From NCBI GenBank assembly GCA_951406725.2, contig OX597818.1:16740001-16804000 (forward strand): DNA of 64,000 nt, written 5' to 3'. Below, piece by piece: positions 53,779 through 64,000 of the stretch. A program made the position numbers and the translations under genes. The notes below the pieces were generated by a model that made no database searches, had not been told where the DNA came from, and saw nothing but the letters and a program-made list of their open reading frames with translations. Each line of letters begins with the position of its first letter. Within the stretch, counting starts at the first letter, position 1. This DNA is from Octopus vulgaris (Eukaryota).

Positions 53779-54707
53779 CCCTTATATATGTATATAATAC
53801 ATATATATATATATATTTGTATACGTGTATGTGTGTGTGTAGGTATATATGTATATGTACACATGTATGTTTATGTATTCTACTAGACCACACTTGTGTG
53901 TGTTTGTGTATATTTATATATTTGTACATATGTAAAGGTGATAGGAAGAGCATCCTACAGTAGAAAGCTTACCTCAATGAATTCTATTCAACCCATGGAA
54001 GTATGGAAAAGTGGATTTTAAAACAATGTTAATGATGTATATATGGTATATGTATGAATGTATGCATGTGTGTGTGTACACACACACACATGCATATATG
54101 TATTTATGTATTATATAGAAATTCTTAAATAATATAAAATTTTTAAATAATAAAAAATATATTGTTTTATTTATTCTGTTTGAACTACCAAAACCTATAT
54201 GTTTGTGTTGTGTATATATGAATTTTTTTGTCTGTTTATATGCACATGTGTAGTTGTCTGTATATGTATGTAGACGTGTTTATGTGTGTATAGATATAAG
54301 ATTATTTCAATTTGCTAATCGGATTAGTTCTCATGTCTCTTCAAATGTGATGAAATGCTTTGCAGCTGTGACAGAATTAGCAGATTTAGAACAATGCACA
54401 CTGTTTTGCAATAAGTTGTAATACTAACTACCATGATATAGACGAGAAGAATATGTAGAAATATGAAAAAAAAAACCAAATCATGAAAAAAAATTAGCAA
54501 GAGCTGAAGTGAGAGTGATAAAATCTGTGTAATTGGACACCAGAATTTTCTGTGGTGGTGGTCTTTACATGGCATTTCAGAGTAAATTGCGTTGAAGTTC
54601 CTTCACATTTTTTTTTTGTAAATTAAAGATATTTCTGGTTTTTCTGCTTCTTGCTCTGGTTTTGTGTTTTCAAATGTTTTTGTTTATTTCCAAACTGGAA
54701 TATGCAT

Positions 54708-54904
<197 letters not shown>

Positions 54905-55191
54905 GTTTATTTAAGTGAATGTATTATTGAAGTGTGCTGTATCTTAAGTTCATTGTGGTCCATTAGGTGACCTTCTGATGTTTCAAAGTCCTCCATTTGG
55001 TAGAGAGAACTTTCTCCCAAAGTTCCTATAACTCTAAACAATATGGAAATGGAGAATGGCAGAGAATTAGTTGTGCAGTTTCGTTATTTTTTCACCCTCT
55101 CCACTTAGGAAATAAATAATTTTTTATGTTCTTCCTCTCCAAATGACATAGGAAATTAAAAAGCTTTGTATTTTAATGTGTATATACATTA

Positions 55192-55230
<39 letters not shown>

Positions 55231-55233
<3 letters not shown>

Positions 55234-55413
55234 TCTTTTACTCTTTTATCTGTTTCAGTCATTTGACTGCGGCCATGCTGGAGCACCGCCTTTAGTCGAG
55301 TAAATCGACCCCGGGACTTATTCTTTGTAAGCCCCAGTCTCTAAGTGACGGAGATGTAAACACACCAGCATCAGTTGTCAAGCAATGCTAGGGAGACAAA
55401 CACAGACACACAA

Positions 55414-55466
<53 letters not shown>

Positions 55467-55645
55467 CATATATACACATATATACGGCAGGCTTCTTTCA
55501 GTTTCCATCTACCAAATCCACTCACAAGGCATTGGTCAGCCCGAGGCTATAGCAGAAGACACTTGCTCAAGATGCCACGCAGTGGGACTGAACCCGGAAC
55601 CATGTGGTTGGTTAGCAAGCTACTTACCACACAGCCACTCTTGCG

Positions 55646-55647
<2 letters not shown>
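55231..55647 (-). mobile_element. SINE-A in (TA)n, with a small internal deletion
   Basis: Reverse complement match to the family consensus. Confidence 0.93.
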
Positions 55648-55695
<48 letters not shown>

Positions 55696-56945
55696 AATGG
55701 GTGTGTGTGTGTGTTAAGAGTTTATGCATCACAAAGCATTGATTAATTGATTAAAAACTTGTATTTGTACACACAACTTATAACACCTAAGATAAATGTA
55801 AATTTCAGTTTTTAAAGTCTTTGAAAATTATAACATATAAATACACTTTGTTATTCTCTTCACATACAATGTGTGGGTTTGTAATCTACGAACTACAAAG
55901 TTTGGGTTAGAAACCTATCTATGTACAAAAATATGTAGGAAACCTAAGATAAATGTAAACTGCAGTTTTTAGAGTATTTGCTTTGAAAATTTAAGCAGAT
56001 ATAAAGACACCTTGTTATTCTCTTCACACACACACACACACACACTGTGTGTGTGTGTGTGTTTCGTACTTTGCAAGTTCATTCAGGTGAGAAACTTCGG
56101 ATAGATACACAATGAATCATTGCTTTCAAACAAGCAAATAAGCCCTTCACAATGTATTGATTACATGTTTGTTTGTATGTATGTGCATGAGTGTGTGTTT
56201 GTACAAACACACATGCATGCATACACAATATTCAATTCATGAATAGTTTGCCTGTTATTAGCATTGAGAGAAATAGGAAGAGATAGAGTAAATCATAGTG
56301 AAATTCTGAGGTGTGGAAGGAAGGAGAGTAGAACAAGATAGGAGCAGAGATTAGTAGGGAAAATTTGGGAAGTGGGTGTTACTCTCACTACTATAACCTC
56401 CGGAGATCACTCCACTCCCTCTTTCACTTGCTGGCTGCACTCCTGGGCTAATATGATCCAACTGACATGATGTCTTTCAATAAACCCTATTTCAGCATGT
56501 AACTGATACTTAGATGCGCCTTACTAACCACCATCAACCTCCACCGCTACTAATTCCTGCCTCTCCACCATATTGCTACAACAGTTACAACCACAATCAC
56601 CAACACTACCTATCATTTGTATCACTGCCAATATCACCAGCGCCACCTCTATTTCTGTCATCATCATCTCCTCCACTTCCTCCTCCTCCTCTCTACAACC
56701 TCTACTCATACCATTCAGTATTTAGGATGTTGTTTCATTGCAAGTTTTCTTCCAACCCAAAACTGTGAAAAATAAAATATCTAAAATAAACAATAACAAA
56801 AATACTTAAATACCACAAAGTTTTAAAAAAAAATTTTATGTAGGATTGTTTTGTTCATTTATTTGTTTCCTTATTTCTTCATTCATTTTCTTTCGAATTC
56901 ATTTTCTCTCTCAGCCTCTTTCTTTTTTAAGATTAATGATATATA

Positions 56946-57346
56946 GGCGTCGGAGTGGCTGTGTGGTAAGCAGCTTGCTTACCAACCACATGGTCCTGGG
57001 TTCAGTCCCACTGCATGGCAGCTTGGGCAAGTGTCTTCTATAGTCTTGGGCCGACCAAAGCTTTGTGAGTGGATTTGGTAGACGGGAATTGAAAGAAGCC
57101 CATTGTATATATGTATATATATATTTATGAGTGTGTGTATATATTTGTGTGTCTGTGTTTGTCCCCCCAACATTGCTTGACAACCGATGCTGGTGTGTTT
57201 ATGCCCCCGTAACTTAGCGGTTCGGTAAAAGAGACGGATAGAATAAGTACAAGGCTTGCAAGGAATAAGTCCTGGGGTTGATTTGTTCAACTAAAGGCGG
57301 TGCTCCAGCATGGCCACAGTCAAATGACTGAAACAAGTAAAAGAGT
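56946..57346 (+). mobile_element. SINE-A, full length
   Basis: Colinear with 19585-19990. Confidence 0.95.
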
Positions 57347-57414
57347 ATAGTAATGATGAAGTACTGAGATTTATGGAATCAGCTGTAACTCTTCACCAAA
57401 ATATATAACCCTAT

Positions 57415-57737
57415 GCATCATCATTGTTGTACAATCTACTTTTCCATGTTTGAATGGGTCACACAAAATTTGTTGAGATAAATTTGCTATGAATGGATGC
57501 CCCTCTTATCATTACCCTTCAACTACTATTGCATCATGTCACAACAAGGCTGGTGGGGCACACACACACACAGTATTTATGGCAGGCTGTTTTCAATTTC
57601 TATCTACCAAATCTACTCTGAATCTTTAAATGGCTTGGGACTATAGTTGGCAACACTTGCCAAGGTGAGTTGCAGTGGGACTGAACTCAAAAACCTGATT
57701 GAAAAGTAAATTTCTTAACTGCACAACCATGCTATGC
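57415..57737 (-). mobile_element. Chimeric SINE (SINE-A head plus RTE tail), decayed
   Basis: Same module order as 9100-9503. Confidence 0.6.
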
Positions 57738-57761
57738 TTATGTCAGAAATGATTACTATTA

Positions 57762-57975
57762 AGGTGACAGGCTTGGCACAATTGTTACCGCATTGGACAA
57801 AATACTTAGTAGAATTTTTTCTAGCACTTTATGTTCCAAGTTCAAATCGTGTCAAGGTGAATTTAGCCTTTCATCCCTTCTAGGGGTCAATAAAATAAGT
57901 ACTAGTTGAGCACTGGATTGATATAATTGACTTTCCTTTCTCCTCCCCTGAAAGTTGTTAGCCTTATGTCAAAAT
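57762..57975 (+). mobile_element. SINE family B
   Basis: GCCTTTCATCCCTTCTAGGGGTCAATAAAATAAGTACTAGTTGAGCACTGG. Confidence 0.8.
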
Positions 57976-57991
57976 TATTATTACTATTGAA

Positions 57992-58315
57992 GGCACGTGG
58001 CTTAGTGGGTAGAGTATTCAGCTTATGATCATAAGGTTGTGAGTTCAATTCCTGGCGACATGTTGTGTCCTTGAGCAAGACATATTATTTCACATTGCTC
58101 CAGTGCACTCAGCTGGCAAAAATGAGTTGTACTTGTATTTCAAAGGGCCAGCCTTGTAATACTCTATGTCATGCTGAATCTCCCTGAGAACTATGTTAAG
58201 GGTACGCATGCTTTGTGGAGTGCACAGCCACTTGCATGTTAATTTCACAAGCTGGCTGTTCCATTGATTGGATCAACTGGAACCCTCATTGTTGTAACTG
58301 ACGGAGTGCTAGTTG
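57992..58315 (+). mobile_element. SINE family C (tRNA head plus CORE-like domain)
   Basis: A-box TGGCTTAGTGG, B-box GAGTTCAATTCC, TGTGTCCTTGAGCAAGACA core. Related fragments at about 4340-4440 and 7800-7880. Confidence 0.85.
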
Positions 58316-58421
58316 TTACTACTACTACTACTACTACTAGACATGAAATACTGCTAAGTAATTTGCCCCGCATGCTAATGATTCTGCTGCTGCTGCTACT
58401 ACTACTACTACTACTAGCAGC

Positions 58422-58617
58422 AGCAGAATCATTAGCATGCGGGGCAAATTACTTAGCAGTATTTCATGTCTTTATGTTCTGAATTCAAATTCCGCTGAGG
58501 TTGACATTGCTTTTCATCTTTTCAGGGTCAATGTACTAAGTATCAGTTGAGTACTGAGGTTGATGTAATCGACTATCCCCCTTCCCCAAATTTCAGGCCT
58601 TGTGCTTAAAGGATTAT
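58422..58617 (+). mobile_element. SINE family B
   Basis: GCAGAATCATTAGCATGC..TTCTGAATTCAAATTCCGCTGAGGTTGAC..TTTCAGGCCTTGTGC. Confidence 0.8.
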
Positions 58618-60556
58618 TATAATCATTATTATTAAGAGGGTTATGATGGAAATGTTAGTCATCATTTGTGTGCCTGATTAAAGGCCATGATCCGATGTAT
58701 TTATTTATGTCACTTTATGTTCTGGTTTTTCAAAGGATACTGATCTTGAACCTGTATTTTATCTGAATTTCAATAAGTAGTAATGCTGATAATAATAACA
58801 ATTATAAAGTGAGCTCCAGAGAAACTGACCTTGACTTTCTTCAAAATGTGTGGGTCTCCATGTTCAGAAATCCTCATTAATATTTAATTTTCAGTCCTGT
58901 TTCAGACACCCTGAATGTCCTTATGAGCAAAGTAGGCAATCTGGTATCAATATCCACTTGCATGATAAATGATGAATATCTCAACCTCCCAGTTCACTCT
59001 CAATATCATAGATGACCACATATGAACATAGACACAGTCGGACCCAAATTCACTGATCCCTGACATAATGAAATGTAAACAGTCAATGTGAAAGACACCA
59101 GCTGATCAAATTGATGATTGTTCATACCCCAACCTTGTAGAGAAACAAAGTAGCAGGTTGAGTATAGTGTCATATTACTTGCATATAGCAGTCATGAATG
59201 AAAGGAAATTCAGTATCTTTCTGGAGAACATTTTATACCTTACATTGTTTCAGTTTACCTTGCTGTCATAAATGGACACCAGATATTCTAAAAATGTTAC
59301 TTGCAATAGACTGGCAGCCTGTCCAGGCAGTGGCAGTGGTGATTCATTTACTTTATTCCTTATAACTGGCAGGAACTGTGAGAGCTGGAGTTCGCTACAG
59401 CAACAAACTGCGCCTTTTGCATATTCACATGGCCCAGAGTTTGTCTGTCTTGTTGTACATAATGCTGACGATAGCCAAATGGCATGAAATGCATTCACTA
59501 TTTCAGCAGAAGGTGTCGTGAAATGACTGTTGGTGTTTTGATACTTATTGCCAAAAATGAGAATCTTCTGAATGGCAAATTGCAATGCAAATAGCTTTTT
59601 TACTGGTCAAATGTATTTGAACTGATTTATTTAGTATTTGTGTTTTACTGTATGGTTGGTCTACTTGTTTTACTGTATGTGTTGGTCTACTTGTGGTATG
59701 AAGTGCTCAGTTTGTGTTATTTGTTGGGGTTTGTTGTAAGGCGATTGGGATCCCAAGCTATCATCACAGCATAATTCATGATGATCTAATATATTCTTTT
59801 CTTTTTTATACATTAAATGCTTTTATATTTGTGTGGATCAAATGAGGTACCTGGTAGTACTCTAAGTGTATTTGTCATTTTACTTTCTTAACTATGTCTT
59901 GACATGTGAACTGTGATTATTGTAGGGGTATAGTAGGTTAGTTAGTTCACACAGTTTGGTATTCACTAGTTTTAAAGTGTAGTAGTTGTGTTAATGGTTA
60001 GTCTTTGTTTTTAAATTGTGTTAAGGTGTTTGAAGTGTTACTGTAGGTAAGCTAATGGTTAGTTTCAGTATTTAAGATACCATGAGCTTAGCCTCCATCC
60101 AAATATAACCTACCATTTGTGTCACAGCTATTGTTATAGTCATTTAAAAAGTGAGAAGAGCTGAAGCATGTAGAATTGAATAGAATACTGGTTCCACTGA
60201 CATATGAAAACTCATTACTGAAATTCTTATTGCTGTTTCCACATAGCCACTTAATCCTCTTCATATAACACAGACTTAGACTTTTTACTATATGCTGCTT
60301 TTTTACTTTTTTATGTTTTATATTTTTCATTCTATTTTGTATAAAAATTTTTAGTGCTACATGAAACAAAAGATACTTTAAAAAAAAAAGCATGCACTTT
60401 CTCTACTCCTCCTTCCCCTCATGCACACAGTCACTCTACCCCCACCCTTCTTTCATCTCCTGCACATACAAACACACACACCCACATACAGTTCTATATT
60501 TAAGAGATGAGGAATTATGTACATTATTTACATATATTTGTCCTCATCTTGTTGTT

Positions 60557-60602
60557 AACACAATGTTTTGGCTGATATACCCTCCAGCCTTCACCAGGTG
60601 TC
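60557..60602 (-). ncRNA. Inverted, decayed hammerhead motif in the inverted pLTR
   Basis: Minus strand GACAC-CTGGTGA-A-GGCTG..CAGCC-AAAAC-ATT-GTGTT; core positions A6 and G12 mutated. Confidence 0.55.
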
Positions 60603-60723
60603 TTGGGGAAATTTTGAACCTGGGTTCTCATTCCTATGGTATTTTTCAATGTTATTATTTATTATTATTATTATTATTCAAGTCATTGCCTGGAATTGAA
60701 CTGGGGGTTAGTAGCCTGTTCAC

Positions 60724-61207
60724 AGCCTGTCCACCCTATGTGAAAGGCCTCTCCGAAAAGATACAAAAGATATGCGGCCCATATGACATCAGGACAGTAT
60801 TCAAGAGCAGTACAACACTTTGCAAATATCACCTTCGAGTAAAACCACCAGTAGAAGAGAATATGACCAAAAACTGCTTGTATGCCATCCCATGCAGCTG
60901 TGGTGGGTTATACAAAGGCACAACATGCCACCTCCTCAAAATAAGGGTAGACAAACATCGCAAAGCTGTGATACAGGGAGATATTGATAAATCGGGTATA
61001 GCTGATCATGTATGGAAAAATGGAAACCACCTCCCCCTGTGGGATGAAGTTAAAATAATAGACAAAGAACACCACTGGAAAATACGAAAACTAAAAGAAG
61101 CAGTACATATGCTAGGACACAATAACCTCCTAAGCAGACTGAATGCAGATATGAGTAGCATATGGGAACTGGTATTAAGGAAGGATAGGAAAATATTAGA
61201 TTTATAA
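60724..61207 (+). pseudogene. Penelope GIY-YIG endonuclease domain fragment
   Basis: PYVKGLSEKIQKI..YDIRTVFK..TL, NCLYAIPCSCGGLYKGTT..LKIRV.KH, SGIADHVW..NH..WDEVKII.KE..W..RKLKEA. The upstream part of ORF 60392 is read-through of non-coding DNA. Confidence 0.9.
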
Positions 61208-61236
61208 GCCCTAAAGTTCACTCCATAATTGCCCAT

Positions 61237-61305
61237 GGGCCTATGGTGTAGTGGTTGAGAGTGCAGGCTACTAACCCCAAGATTCCGAGTTTGATTCCAG
61301 GCAGT
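61237..61305 (+). promoter_or_regulatory. tRNA-like Pol III internal promoter within the pLTR
   Basis: A-box TGGTGTAGTGG (61244-61254) and B-box GAGTTTGATTCC (61287-61298); the inverted copy reads GTTCAATTCC. Confidence 0.6.
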
Positions 61306-61398
61306 TCCCTGAATAATAATAATGATGATGATGATGGTGGTAGTAGCGGTGGTGACAAATACCTTAGGAATGAGAACCCAGGTTCGAAATTTCCCCAA

Positions 61399-61444
61399 GG
61401 CACCTGATGAAGGCTAGAGGGTATATCAGCCGAAACATTGTGTT
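61399..61444 (+). ncRNA. Minimal type I hammerhead ribozyme in the Penelope pLTR
   Basis: GGCAC-CTGATGA-A-GGCT..AGCC-GAAAC-ATT-GTGTT; stem III reads ACAT where ACGT is expected. Confidence 0.72.
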
Positions 61445-62646
61445 AACAACAAGATGAGGACAAATATCCGTCAAATGTAAATGATGTATATAATAAACAC
61501 ACACACTCTCTCTGCCTTACTAGCAAACACATTTTCACACACACACACACATTTTCACACACACACACACACACTAACAAAATCACGTTTTCACACGCAC
61601 TAACAAACATATTTTCACACGTACAACACACACACAAACACATTTTCATATTCTAACAAGCACATTTTGACACATACACACCGTCCCTTCCTCCCTCCCC
61701 TCATTTCCTAAGCCACAAATTAATCAACAGAATAACTTGACATTCAAGAAGTAAATAAACAAAAATGACCAAAATAATAACAAAGAATTCATTTGTAAGA
61801 GAAAATATAAAAAAAAAGAGCAAAAAAACAAAAACAAAAAAAAACTCCTTTTACAGTTTTTTTTTAATTATTATTTTGTTTGGGGACAGGAAAAAAATGC
61901 ATGTTTTTATTTAACCAATGAAAATAGAAACTTATATATTTATCATGAAGACAGCAAAAGCTGTTGATAGAATGAAAATAATTAAGTGCTATGAGAAATA
62001 TTATTTCTTTAGAACAACAGAGAACCTCAGGAACCAGAGACTGTTTTCCTTTTCTTTTTTGTAGTTAAAGCCCTTTTTTTTATCAATATGAAATTATCAA
62101 TATGTAAGTCCATTTGTCTAAATCTTCCACCCACCTACTTGTCACCCTTCTCAGTCAGTCTCTGGTTAAGTCTTAATTATGATGGTACAACAGAATCATC
62201 AGTCTATGAAATATTCATAATTTTCTTTCCTAATATATGTCTGGCACTCAGAATAAGCCAGACTGTCTGTGAGGTGTGTGATAGGGTGGTGCTGACAGTG
62301 GGGACAGTAGTAGCTGCATAGCTGGTGGTGGGTCTATTAAAATCAGTTATATTCATGGTAACTGTAGAGGGAAGATTGAATGATGAACTGTAGAAAACAT
62401 ATATCTTAATTAGCTACATGGGAGAGGTAGGTTAGTGAGAGAAGAATCAAAATAAGAAAATGTTTTTATAAAAAAAGAAAAAGATTGGACCAGAACAGAG
62501 AGGTAAAAATGATTTCACCAGCTAACTGCTTGCCAAACACATTGTAATTAAGTTCTTGTTATGAAGGCAGTGAATTGCATGGAATAGTAGACCACCAGAC
62601 TATACTTATGTACTTATGTTAAGAATTCTCCATCAAGGTGGTTGCA

Positions 62647-62686
<40 letters not shown>

Positions 62687-62711
62687 TCATCATCATCATC
62701 ATCATTGCTAT

Positions 62712-63300
62712 AGCAAGCTGGTTGAATCATTAGCATACTGGACAAAATGCTTAGCAGTCTTTCTTCATCTTTACATTCTGAATTCAAATACTGCTGAGGT
62801 TGACTTTGTTTTTCAGCCTTCTGGGGTTGAGAAAATAAGTACCAGTTAAGCACAGAGGCCAATATGATCAACTTTCCATCACTTCAAAAATTGCTGGCTT
62901 TGTGCTGAAATAAGAAAGGATTATTATTATTGGAAGGGAGTACCATTAATTGTCTATCTTCTAAATTTGTGTCCTACCAAGATTAACTTTGCCTTCATCA
63001 TTCTGGGATTGATAAAATGCAGTACCAGTAGTTGATTTAATCTACAAAATTTCTGCTCTTATGTTTATAGTAGAAAGGACAACTACTACAACAAAGGCAA
63101 GGAATTAGCAGAATTGATACTGCATCAGGCAAATATGCTTTCCATTATTTCATTGACTCTTTACTGTCTGAGTTCAAATCCTGCTGAGGTCAAATTTGAC
63201 TTTCATCTTGCAATATAATAAATATCAGTTGAGTACCGGTAGTGATATAATCAACTGTCCTTCCTCAAAATTTTGACCTTCTTCCTATGTTAGAAATCAT
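62712..63300 (+). mobile_element. Tandem cluster of three SINE-B copies
   Basis: Copies at about 62712-62925, 62975-63080 and 63096-63300, preceded and separated by (ACT)n/(ATC)n/(ATT)n. Confidence 0.8.
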
Positions 63301-64000
63301 TATTATTGTTCTTTCGTTAAGAAAAACGAATGAATTCAGGAAACTAAATGTATCACTGTATTTCGTTTACAGCTTCTTGGGTTTGGTTTCCAATTTTCAT
63401 TTTTGTAGCTTCATTAATAAATGTACCAGTAATATACTGTGGCACACATGATTTTCAAGTTTATCATTTAGATTTTCACCCACAGAAATTGGCCTAATGC
63501 CCATATTTTTTTGTTCTTTGGTCCCCCCACCTCTCTTTTTCTAACCAGACTGTGTAGATAATGAGGTGTCTCACTTATTGATTGCAGTCTAATTTTCTTA
63601 TTTCACCATCTTGTTCTTGCATAGGATACGATGTTCTAAGATTTACTACTTTAACATGCAATCTCTGTTTTAAAGCTAGCAAAAGATTTGCCGACTGCAT
63701 CGACTTCTTGATTGGTTTATGTATTCAAATTGAAACAAACTGAAATCTAGTAGCATCTCCCACTACACTTCACTAGCTTCAGCTGTTCAATTCATCATCA
63801 TCATTATCAGCATTTTTTTTTTTAACAACCATGGTTTGGATGTGTCTGCCACATAGTATGTAGCTATGCATCTCAATATTTTGAACTCAAGCATGCTGAA
63901 AGTTAACACCACTCACTTCTCAGATCTTCTTTCCTGTTCTGCTGCTCTCAGTACATTTTTTTCGCCCAGCACTCATTGTCATTCATTTATATTATACCAA

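Larger units (their letters stand above)
60514..61494 (+). mobile_element. 5'-truncated Penelope-like retroelement with inverted pseudo-LTR
   Basis: GIY-YIG fragment flanked by an inverted repeat: 60514-60723 is the reverse complement of about 61259-61494. Confidence 0.9.

Noticed and set aside
56026-56095. Minus-strand CTGAATGA..CGAAAC with a (CA)/(TG) stem, hammerhead-like
   Set aside because: Core has an extra base, the cleavage triplet would end in G, and the duplicate copy upstream lacks the motif.
59250-59585. 111-aa Cys-containing ORF, possible LINE ORF1 or exon
   Set aside because: No recognisable domain spacing or splice support.
60392-60723. N-terminal part of the 271-aa ORF as real coding sequence
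   Set aside because: It reads through flanking DNA and the inverted pLTR; only 60724 onward resembles GIY-YIG.

Overview
AT-rich, microsatellite-dense eukaryotic DNA with no intact protein-coding gene. Nearly all ORFs in the supplied track are microsatellite or repeat artefacts. The repeat families look like coleoid cephalopod (probably Octopus) intronic or intergenic DNA; this is an inference from recalled SINE families, not a database result. The window contains at least four tRNA-headed SINE families, decayed RTE and L1/Tx1 LINEs, a Penelope-like GIY-YIG fragment with inverted pseudo-LTRs, piggyBac, mariner, maT and hAT remnants with MITEs, and tandem non-autonomous Helitrons. The most notable signal is a set of minimal type I hammerhead ribozyme motifs in four unrelated sequence contexts: 915-957, 49758-49792, 52067-52167, and 61399-61444 with an inverted copy at 60557-60602. 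One lies downstream of a tRNA-like Pol III promoter inside a Penelope pLTR, and the other three lie in short non-coding modules in or beside (TA)n tracts. Other observations are SINE tail swapping, a SINE/LINE shared 3' tail, strong strand bias of one SINE family, and a candidate 9-nt microexon or non-coding exon at about 38.6-38.7 kb. Repeat boundaries were read by eye and are approximate.
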